In this document: positions 53,801 to 64,000 of the stretch, piece by piece
Layout: each line of letters opens with the position of its first letter
Position numbering within the stretch: the first letter of the stretch is position 1
Source of the DNA: Raja brachyura
Taxonomy: Eukaryota
Length of the DNA: 64,000 nt
Assembly: GCA_963514005.1 (NCBI GenBank)
Contig: OY740806.1
Coordinates: 21,452,001-21,516,000, forward strand
Direction: 5' to 3'
The notes under the pieces: generated by a model
Told to the model about the DNA's origin: nothing
The model's database searches: none
What the model saw: the letters and a program-made list of their open reading frames with translations, nothing else
Position numbers and translations under genes: made by a program

Positions 53801-56800
53801 ATTCAATGAGCACGGTGTTATCTATATTCAAACAATAATTGCTCAGTTTTGATGAGAATATGGTTTCATTTTGAGCTGCTCAACAGTGTCCACTAAAAAT
53901 TGATTCATAGGTTACCAACCCAGTAGTCTGTTACAGCAATTTGAATTTTCTGTATGTTGTGCAAATTAGCCTTCCCATGCACACACTCATACACACTCTC
54001 ACTCACTATAGACTTGCTAACCTACCCTCAGATCTGACCTTTTGACTGATATTTGGTGTTACACATAATGTAAAAACTAAGAACAAATCTAGCCATATTT
54101 ATCAGCTAATTTAAAAACAAAATATTCAACTCAATTCATTATATTCTGGCAATCCTATACCATACCAAGCACAGAATAAAAATAAAATGAGTACGAGCAG
54201 CTAGACAGCATCACAATATCCATGTTTTTCTTCTACAGTGCAAATCTATGTTCTATATTTGAATCTCATAACATCAACTGAAAAAATGAAATTACATATT
54301 AAAGGCAACAAAAGTGTAATCCAGAGTTTAAAAAAAATAAGTTACTACTATAGCACAAAAAGGAAAGCCTGTACTCATCAACATGATGTTATATATGGAG
54401 TGATTGACATCATAAACACAGCCTGATCTGATCAGTGGCATTCTGCAAAGGATCATGATTCTACTATTTTGTTGGGTGTAGATGCAGTGTACAACAAAAA
54501 AACCAAACCAAAAGTGAATGCAACACTGAAGGAGGATGACCTGCTCAAAGAAAATATGATGCCATAATTTAGTTAGAAGTGGATTTGTCAGTATTTGCCA
54601 TCCAAAATCTATATAACAATTAGACACCGCCTTTCTCAATACTCCCATCAATTTAAGCAGATCAGGGACATGGTTCACACAATGGTTGTGTCCTTAAGAC
54701 AAACTATTATGGTCTACACAATCCATTGCACTGAAAAATTCAGTTCTTAGGTGAAAATAGTGCACTTGGGCATACCTGCCCACACAATTTAATATGCAGT
54801 CAAATGACTGGCTATTCACATCTCATCTTAATGGATTAAATATTACTTAATTTCTGATTGGCAGCAAAAATGTCTGACCAATAGAAAGGTTTGTTCATTT
54901 TAGAAAGCAATCTCTTTTTAAAATGTTGTATCAGTTATATTAAAAGCACCTCATATTTGATATCAAATCTTACTTTTTCTGACCATTGAAAAGGTAAATG
55001 TTGGCAGCTGTATCACTTATCAAATAATTATCCAGCCAGCTGCATCCTTACATAAGGTGCATTTGCAATGGTTAGTTACTGGAGTTCATGTATTTTTAAT
55101 AAATCTAAATTGTGGCGTTTTCATTTCAGAAATTATTGGACAACTTTGACATATCAGTTTCACATGACCAGTAAATATTCCAAATGCAATCTACAATGCT
55201 GGAAAGTAATACAGCTGCCTGTGAAATACATAGTGTTTGTTGCCACAAATTTCATACCGAGGAGCATGAAATCTATTCAAACTATTTTGTTTCCAGAATT
55301 CCCCACACTGCCTCCAATTTGGCCCACCAATTTTAAAGAAAAGAGCTCAGGGATTTTCATTAAAAATAATTATCATGGATAAATGATCAATCTTTGAACA
55401 AAATGAAGAGGTAATTCTCCATCTGTTAATCCTTACACCATAACTTCCAATTCAATCAGTTCACACATTAGTCCTGACACAATACACTTATAAATAAACT
55501 ATTTAAATATTTATTTTCTTGGACTATGTTAGTAGCTGATCTTTTGTTCATACCAAAGAGCTCACTCATGAGCACCAATTTTCACAGACCCATGTCTAAA
55601 GATTGTACTTTAACAGTCTGTATTTATCTTTGAAATTCACTTTAAATCCATTTTATTCTTGCATTATTAATGCAAAAAAAAAACCTACCAAAAGTTAAAG
55701 CGCCGGCATGCACTAGTTCAGTGTTGACTGGATTAAACTACTTGACTGCGGTCACTTGGCTTCATCAATTCTGTAACTATACCCTCACAAAGCATGCATC
55801 TTTTAACACTTACAACTGCCTGGATTTCTTTTCTAATAAGGCAACAACATTGAATTTTGGTCACTAAATATTGCATCTGTCATACACTGATTTAGCATGT
55901 GCACAGCACAATTTCCCTGTTGTTCAGATAAGAGATATCATCAAATGCCATAATACTCAAAAATCACATTGCATCTAATGAGATCCTGCCTGATCTGCGA
56001 ATCAAATTCTACAGTGATCTTTAAGACAAATTTTTCAATATTTTCCTTTTAAACTGCAGGAAAATTGAAATCACAATTTTTTTCAGTCCGGGACAATTAT
56101 AGTCTATCAATGTTCAATTTTTCATCATTCAATGTTCAACTTCAAATTGATTAGATGGCATGGCATACCCTGCAGCACAGCAAAACATGCCATCACATTT
56201 CTCAGGGTGTCTCTTCTTCTCCTGTAGGTGCCTCTATATGTTAACAATGCTGATCATGATACTCATCCCTGACAAACTGATAACATTTCATCGTAAAAGA
56301 TGGAATATTTCATTAACAGGCTTCACACATGCTCAGATGAGCAATCTGCAACTCTTAAACATGCTGCCATGAGGGTAACAGAGCAGAAACATGCTTTCGC
56401 TCGATATATTCTTGGACCTGCCTATGATAGATTGTTTAGACTGTTTTTAACAATAATAAATAACTAAATCAGTTGCATCAGGATTCCAGTAACTTTTCAC
56501 ATGTAACTTAGAAAATCTTCAAGTTTTATCAATATAGATATTCACAGTTTCTTTAACCATTCACTGAGCCAGAATCAATATATTGGATTAATTGTGTATC
56601 TGATGTTTCTGCAGGCAGAATTAACTGGTAACAGTTTCAAGACCCTCAGCCTACTCCTATCTGTTTTATGAATACCTTATTTTAAACAAAGTTCACATGG
56701 TACTTCAGTTACATATCTTCCATAAAAGAGATAGTTTACAGATTATTACATGCGTTTGTGAGATGTTACACTTACAGTACAATGTTCTAGGAGTTATAAC

Positions 56801-57026
56801 AGGAGTGTGTAGGCAGATTAGTGTGATTGTTGTTTTTCCACAATGCTCCAGTAGTCTGTAAATCAGTGCAGGGTCTTGGTTTTGTCAATCGTGAATTTGC
56901 TGATTCGCAATCCTGGGGATCCAACTCAGCCTGCAGTTCCAGTGTCTTTTTATATATATAACATATATATAATTTATACATAACATATATTGCACACAAT
57001 TCCCTCTTCGGCCTTGGTAATGCCCG
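50897..57026 (-). other. GRAMD1B: Probable long 3'UTR of GRAMD1B ending near an AATAAA at 50902-50897
   Basis: About 6 kb almost free of the repeats that fill the flanks. Minus-strand AATAAA followed by U/GU-rich sequence. An alternative signal lies near 51752. Confidence 0.5.
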
Positions 57027-57113
57027 TCAGTGAAATCGATCATGCTTGTCTGTTTCTGAACTGTAATCACGCAAACCAATGCCTTTTTGTAGAGTTAGTA
57101 ATGAGTTTCTCAT
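57027..57113 (-). CDS. GRAMD1B: GRAMD1B last coding exon (stop TGA)
   Basis: caacAG acceptor. MRNSLLTLQKGIGLRDYSSETDKHDRFH* versus human MKDSLINLQNGIRSRDYTSESEEKRNRYH*. Confidence 0.94.
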   Translation of the reverse strand: MRNSLLTLQKGIGLRDYSSETDKHDRFH

Positions 57114-57647
57114 CTGTTGGATAAATTAAAGAGGTGAAGTTCCAGAATCTATACGAGCACATTAACTTACATTAGCATTATATGCAGAGGAGGCTCTAAT
57201 CCAGCCTATCTGATATATTAGATTAATTATGCCATTGCTTCTAAGTGGGCAAAATCACGGCTCCTTTTCTGTGTCCACAACTTACATCTTTAGTTGACAT
57301 GGCAAACACCAAAGGAAGCATCATTGCAAATTTTGCTTCCAATTACCAGTGGCAATAAAAAAAGAGCAGTCTTAACAAACACTTGTGAATGAAAGAAAAT
57401 GACTGTCATTAGCTTAGACCCTAAGCTGTTCTTTCAATACTTCTGTTGTGAAAACATTTTTTGAGCCATGTTCAATTCTCTTCTCTTCCTGTTATTTTCT
57501 GGTAACCAGGTCTATCAACTCAGTGAAACATTTCCCATTGTTTTACAGTAGGAGGGGGGGGGGGGGGGGGGGGGAAGAAGAGAGGGGAGACCTGATCAGA
57601 CAACTACGTATTGGCAATAACTGTATGAGTCAAGAGAGAGTATTCAC

Positions 57648-57768
57648 CTGATCTAGAAGCACCACTGATGATTTTAAAATGTCTCTCCATTTCTGTAGTT
57701 CAGCGTCATGGTAACGCTGCTGTGACTCTAATAGCTGGGCCCACTCCACCTGAGACTGGGGCAGTTTG
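57648..57768 (-). CDS. GRAMD1B: GRAMD1B coding exon, luminal amphipathic helix
   Basis: Minus-strand tgcAG/GTgaat boundaries, 121 bp. (S)KLPQSQVEWAQLLESQQRYHDAELQKWRDILKSSVVLLDQ matches human LPQSQTEWAQLLESQQKYHDTELQKWREIIKSSVMLLDQ. Confidence 0.96.
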
Positions 57769-58134
57769 CTGCATGGAACAAAAGGAAACATGTAAGAATA
57801 ATTGGGGGGGGGGGGGGGGGGGGGAGATAATGAGCCACTATTGTGTGAACTAGGTTTGTACCAACTGCTGCTGCACACCATCCAAAACCGAATTGTTGAT
57901 GCTATCAAATAAAGATGGCATTGTGATGAATGGATTTCTACACTCTCATTATAAAATAGATTGAGCAAGTATTTTTGACCCAATTTTTAAAAATTGCCCA
58001 GATCCAATGTCAATTCTAAACAGTACAAAACAACTTCCAAGTTTTTTTTTAAAACAAAACAAAAAATAGTTTCCTTTGAGTGTCAATTGCACAGTACTTA
58101 ATTTTTTAATAACATACAATTTATTTTGAGACAT

Positions 58135-59870
58135 GAGAGACTGCTAATACAGGGATCTGCAGCAATAAGAAAGCTGCTAGAGGAACTCGGCAACCAAACA
58201 GCATATTTGGGACCAAAGGAATTCTCACCATTTCAAATCGAGGTCCTGCATCAAGAGTAGAGGGACGATACCCGGGATAAAGAGAGGCAGCAGAGGGAGA
58301 TGAGGTCCAGTAGATGATAGGTGGACCAAGGAGAGGCGAGAGGGATGACAGAAAGAAGGAGCTGTGGCAGGAGGCTGGGGTGGTTGGGTTGGGAAATAGA
58401 GGCAGGTGGATGATTGATGGAGGGGAAAAGAAAGATGGAGCAAGGTGAGGTGAGACAAAAGTGAAGGTGGAGATAACTGCTGGAGGGTGATAAGCAACGA
58501 CTACTGGTCCTGGGATCTAATAAATAAGAAAGATGACCGGAACGTTTAAGGAGGACACCACAAACTCCATCTTCCCCTCACTAAAACCATTAGTCCTTTA
58601 TCTCTCCCCACCCACCTCTCCCTGTCTCCTGGCACCACCCCTACCTCACAGGAGGTGCAACACTTGTACCTACCTCGCTAATATTCAGGGACCTACACAA
58701 CCCTTCCAGGCAAAGAGTCACATACAACTCCTCCAACCTCGTGTACTACCTTTGGTGCTCCAGATGTGGCTTCCTCTACATCAGCACGACCAAGTGCAGA
58801 CAAGGCGACCAGTTTGCAGAACACGTGCTCAGCCCACCACATGCTCCCAGCTGCATACATTCCAACTACCCTTCTAATCCCCACAGACTTGTTTATCCTC
58901 AGCCATGTCCTTTGCTACGGTGAGGCCCAATGCAAACCAGAAGAACATTGTCTCCTATATTCCGCCTGAGTAGTCTACAACCCAATAGTATGAATACTTA
59001 ATTTTTCAATAGCAAGTAACCCTTAAAGCCCTGTCCCACGGTACGAGTTCATTCCAAGAGTTCTCCCGAGTTTACCCTAATTCGAACTCGGAGATTTACG
59101 GTAATGGCCACTCGTCAGTACTCGGGACTCTCGTGGACATTTTTCAACATGTTGAAAAATCTTCACGCATCTTCCCGTGCTTACCTGCCGTTAGCAAGTC
59201 TTCCCGAGTACCTGCCGTTAGCCGCTAAGAGACGTCTCCGACGTACTCGCTGCATTCATTCTCCGTGCTTACCACAAGTTTGATTTATTTTAAACTCGGG
59301 AGAGCTCTTGAAATGAACTCGTACCGTGAGACAGGGCGTTTACACATTCTGCATTCCCCTCTTTCTCTCCTTAAACAATCCATTTTTTGTTCCCTTTCTC
59401 ATGCTCTCCTCCAACCCACATCACCTTGCTTTTGTCACCCTTTCCCTCTGTTCCTATCCACCTTCTACCGACAGGCTTCATACATCATATGCAATTCCAT
59501 CTGCGTTTCAGCTCACCCTTCATGATTCCCATCATCACCTTCTTTCCCTGTCAGATTCCAATACTTGCTTATCATCTTCCATCATTAGACCCTAGCTTCT
59601 CTCTACCCACTTGTCTGCTTTCACCTGTCTCCCTCCTAACTCAGTCCTCACTCCACCCCATCTCCACTGGCTCCTTCTGCCCAACATCCTTCATCCCTAC
59701 TATCTATCCCCTCCTTGTCTAACCCCTCCCCCTCTGCTTTTCATACTGGCTAACTTCATGCTCCACTCTATGTCCTGATGGAGGGAATTAACCCCAAAAC
59801 ATCGATAATTAATTTCCCACCCAGACAGATGTTGCTTGACCCATTGAGTTCCCCCGGCAGTTTGTTTACT
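58135..59870 (+). mobile_element. Penelope-like element (GIY-YIG remnant plus pLTR) with an inverted pLTR at 58135-58500, split by a MITE
   Basis: YYLWCSRCGFLYISTTKCRQGDQFAEHVLS (GIY-YIG) and EAQCKPEEHCLL. Degenerate ctgatgg..ccccaaaacatc end at ~59775. Confidence 0.75.
59026..59339. mobile_element. Harbinger-type MITE inserted in a Penelope element
   Basis: TTA TSD. TIR aagccctgtcccacggtacgagttcatt...aatgaactcgtaccgtgagacagggcgt. Confidence 0.87.
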
Positions 59871-60792
59871 TGTTGTAAATATGTTTAACCTACAGTAAAT
59901 AACTTGTGTCACCATTTCCAGTTCAAATCAATCCCTATGACTCGAGGTGAATTTCCTGATCCAATTCCTTGTGCAACACTCTTTTTGGGAACACTGCAAG
60001 GGAATTCATACCACATTGTCACTCGGCTCTCTGATAACATGGTCTTAGTTCTGGCTGACCAGATTTATTTTTGTCTCTTGATTTCAAAAATACTAGTTAT
60101 CAAATGGAGAGATTGAGTATATGTAGTGTACATTGTAGAGATGGGACCTTTTTTTAATCTTAGTCTGTCCAGAAGTTGACTTATCTTTAATGCAAAAATT
60201 AAAACAATTGATGGATGAATGATTTTAAAAAGTGTATTTCTGTCTCTAAAAAGGAAAGAATATACTCCAATGTCTGAAGAAACTAATGCCACACTCTTTC
60301 ATCAGACTAATCGTACCAACTGTGCTGGAGGTCACTTTTAGATTAAAGCAGAAGCCTGTTTACCAGAATTATTCCCTACATGTATGTGTGCATGGTGCAT
60401 TCATGTGAGGCAGCTGCTGAACACATTCAGAAACATCAAGTAGGATTAGATGCCTGTTTGATGCTACTTGCCCTAGCTTATACTGCATATAAGAGGCTAA
60501 GGTATAGCAGGGCCTCATATATTAAATGGGTCTTGAATTGAATGTTGAGGTCTGCTTTGGAGTGATTTAAAGAGCATGATTTTATTAGGCTATTGCTGGA
60601 GATGCCATTTCTGTTTTATTTTAAGTAATCCAATCACAGGAAAACATTTCTGCCATCAATGTTAAAATAAATAAACTTATCAGACTGCAGAAGGAAAGCA
60701 CAGTTACAAGTCCAGTACGCAATGAAGCTATGTATTTGGTTAGGTCTCTTTTAGGTAAGTTTTACTTAAGTATAAAACAAAGGAACAAATAC

Positions 60793-60900
60793 CTCTCCTG
60801 GAGCCTAATTCCATGCCAAGTAGTGAGACTCTGCGTCGTATACTCCAACATCCACAGCTTGTAAAACAGCATCATATTCAGAAATACTAGTAACACCAGG
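60793..60900 (-). CDS. GRAMD1B: GRAMD1B (Aster-B) coding exon, transmembrane helix and start of luminal region
   Basis: Minus-strand ttcAG/GTattt boundaries, 108 bp. LVLLVFLNMMLFYKLWMLEYTTQSLTTWHGIRLQE matches human LVLLVILNMMLFYKLWMLEYTTQTLTAWQGLRLQE. Confidence 0.95.
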
Positions 60901-61309
60901 CTGAAGGAAACAAGATTTTAAAAATCATCACTCAGGCCAAGACCAAGGAACCAAGGGTTAGAACAAATAAAATGTTCAATGCTTTATCATTTTATTGATT
61001 GGTTGTCGTGAAGAGGTAAACAGATTGTGTTTAATACAAACATTTCATTGGAAAATCCGTTCATGGTATAGTTAGATTTGTTTCAGCAAAGTAATATTAT
61101 TAATTTCTGCTGCCTCATAGTCAATACTGAGCTTTTCAATTATAATATGCGCATAAACGGGCTCTCAAAATCATACTTGTAAACAACATTTCCTGAATAT
61201 TATATGCCGTCTTTCTCTCTTGCCAAATATGCAACCAGCAACCATCATCCTTTCACCAACTCCCAGGCAAGGGCATGTTCTGCTCCTGAGGCTCTGCTGA
61301 TCTTGCACC

Positions 61310-61640
61310 CATCTTTCCCCTCCCCTTCCCCTCCACTACATTCCTTCCTCTAGCTACATAATCCACACCTTTTCAATCCTCTAACTTCACAATTTGCAAC
61401 TCTCTAATTGTTTGGTCTTACATCTTGTGTGTGTGTTCATCTCTGGTCTTTGTCCAACCATCTGCCTATCAAAGCTCCCTTCAACTGTGACCTGCCATAC
61501 TTTGTCCTACCTCTCCACTCGTCTCGCTTTCTTTCATCCCACCCCAGTAATCGGTAGGAAGAGTCCCGAACCAAAGCTTCACCTATCCGTTTTCTCCAGG
61601 GACGCTGTCTGGTCCACTGAATTACTCCAGCATTTTGTGT
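61310..61640 (+). mobile_element. Penelope pLTR remnant
   Basis: CT-rich body and the end cacctatcc...ttactccagcattttgtgtc. Confidence 0.65.
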
Positions 61641-62562
61641 CGTACCTAGGGCATGGTTTCATGGGTATAGATGATTAAAACAATTATTTATTTTCATGCA
61701 TGAATTGCAACAATAATTTAATCTGTAATTGAATCAGAGACCTCTCTAATCTTTGTAAATAATGTACTCTCTGGATAAGTTGCTGAGCCAATGGAAAAAC
61801 AAAATCTATATTGTTGATGATAAATTAAAATCTGCAAGTGCATTATCATTGAAGTATGTGAGATCATTATATATATCCTAATTCTAGTTTTTGAAAGTTA
61901 TCTCCATTTGGGAACCATTCTTTCCTTTAGAAAATTGTTAATTTCGCTTTTCTATCCAAAAATAAGTATGAGAGAGAAGCCAGGAAACTGTAGATCATCA
62001 CATCACTGCGCTCCCCAGGATAATTGAAAATGTTCTACTGAATTGGGAAGATCAGTATGGCTTTATAAGGAAACGGTTATTTCTAATGAACTTGATAGAC
62101 CGTTTTGAAGAAACAGGTAAACTGGTGAGAGAAGAAAACCACCCTGTTGGGACTTCAACTCTTCATCGGATTTACTGACCATTTGGATGATAGAATAAAA
62201 TATCCGGTCTCCAAATTTAGCAATGATACCAAAAGAGGTACAAACACTGTAGATTGAGGCATTGCTATTACCAAGTTTTACCAAGCGACATTCAACAGAT
62301 CAAGCAAATGGTTAATTGATTTGAATATATGATAAATGTAAGGTCATTCATTTTCGACCAGAAAAAAATAAAAGAGTAACTTTTGAAACGATGAAAAGCA
62401 AGTAACAATGGGAGTCGAAAGAAAATTTGGCATAAATGCTGCTGAATATAACATTTGATAATTGCTAGATTTTCAGTGGATTGGAATACAAGTAGGTAGG
62501 AGATGTACACAAAATGCTGGAGTAACTCAGCGTGTCAGTCCGCATCTCTGGAGAAGAGGAAT

Positions 62563-62598
62563 AGGTGACGTTTCGGGTGAAGACCCTTCTTCAGGCCC
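62563..62598 (-). ncRNA. Minimal hammerhead ribozyme motif in a Penelope end (62507-62598), core intact
   Basis: rc reads gggc-CUGAAGA-A-GGGU-cuuc-ACCC-GAAA-C-GUC-accu. Confidence 0.6.
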
Positions 62599-63459
62599 TT
62601 AGTTAGCGGTATCTGATACTTTGCTTGGACCACCCTTGGTGTACTGTGTTCCCTGCACTAAATGTTAGGAAAGGAATAGGTGTTAATTTATCACATACAA
62701 ACAAAGGTTGTGTTCCTAAGAAGCTATGTTAACAGGATGATATACTTAACTGAAGTTTTCAAGAAAAGAAGGAAACGAATGGAGCAGAAACTATCTCTAC
62801 TGATTCTACAATTCTTGGCAGTGGCGAAAATTAAAGCAAGGAGTGAAGTTAGGAGAGAAAAATGAGAACAAAGTTTTGGTCTCACTCTCACTAATTAGAA
62901 ATTGATGTTTGTTAATATTTAGGTTCCAATGGGTTTTTGTTAACCAAAATTCTTATGACATGAGACAGAATTACATAACAAGTGAACCATAACAACACTC
63001 AAAAGCCAAAAGTGTCTCGTAGGGTATAGATAATGAAAACAATTATTTATTTGTAGGGCTAAATAAGCTGGTCGTGTCCCTATATTCCTAATCCATGATT
63101 GCAAACATATTTGTTTTAAATTATAGCAAGCATTTTTACTACTGTTTCACATTCTGAAATTATTATGCATTTGCCACATTTCAAGAGCCACTGCACAAAA
63201 ATAATTATTCAACTCGACTTGTTTTTGAGACTTCTCTGTGAAATACGCCAAAAACCTACAGAAATATGTCTTTCTTACTCTACCATTACTTTATAACTGT
63301 GAGCATGCAGGATGGACCATGGTTATAATCCTGTCAGCCAGGACTCCATGATGTCTGATTTGCACTGAATCAGGTGGAATGTTGGATGGGGAAATTAGAT
63401 GGGGTTTTCTTCCTTGTCATAGATATGCCAACTGGCCATGTTCCACAGATGGTAGATTA

Positions 63460-63765
63460 CATACAAGAATAATTAATTGGGAATTTTAGTCATGGCTTAC
63501 ATACGAATGACAAGAAAGTAGATTAGATGGTTGTCAAATTGGGGATTTTCATTTTCTCAATACAGACAAGGACTGTCATAGTGCCAAGGGATTTGACAGG
63601 GTGGAATTTGTCAAATGTATTTAGGAATGTTTCTTCAGGCAATATATAGACGGCCCTACATGGAAGAGGGAAAAGCCAAATCTACTCTTAGAAAATTGGG
63701 AAGGGCAAATGCCTGTCATGCCATTGGGAAAGCCTTTTGGGACCAGCGACCAGAGATCTTTTAGA
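63460..63765 (+). mobile_element. CR1 endonuclease-region remnant
   Basis: Degenerate GDF..., EFVKCI.ECFFRQYIDGPT and FGTSD motifs. Confidence 0.6.
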
Positions 63766-64000
63766 GTCATGGAGTCTACCTCCCCATGGTGAGCCCTGTC
63801 AACTGACTTCAGTCAGGCGAACGACGACAAACAGAGACAGCAGCAGAAATAATGCAACCTAGTCACCGTGCCTTGCAGCCCTAATGTAACCTCAGTCGCC
63901 GCGGGTTTGGCGCCAAACAGGAGCATGCGTCCTTTTTAGGGCAGGCACCTACGGATGTCGATCCGGATGGCATCACCCTGCTGCAGCTGAATGCGGAAGG

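Noticed and set aside
60901-64000. Further upstream GRAMD1B exon or microexon (LLLVIS../ICFS)
   Set aside because: No candidate with the correct strand, phase and sequence was found. The FLVIR-like hit near 63500 lies in a CR1 remnant.

Overview
Vertebrate genomic DNA (AT-rich, repeat-dense). The SINE/LINE repertoire points to a cartilaginous fish, most likely a skate or ray (inference). Two genes are arranged tail-to-tail, as on human 11q24. SCN3B (Nav channel beta-3, + strand) has four coding exons at 12222-20120; its signal-peptide exon was not identified. The 3' end of GRAMD1B/Aster-B (- strand) has three coding exons at 60900-57027 and a probable ~6 kb 3'UTR. The rest is mostly transposon-derived: seven PIF/Harbinger-type MITEs (TWA target duplications, shared CCTGTCCCAC termini, a shared internal palindrome), many Penelope-like element ends carrying minimal hammerhead-ribozyme motifs (often as inverted pairs), V-SINE/HE1-like SINEs, CR1, L2 and Rex1/Babar fragments, and a non-autonomous retroposon with a 44-bp minisatellite. 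There is one assembly gap. No prokaryote-type system is present. Repeat boundaries were judged by eye and are approximate.
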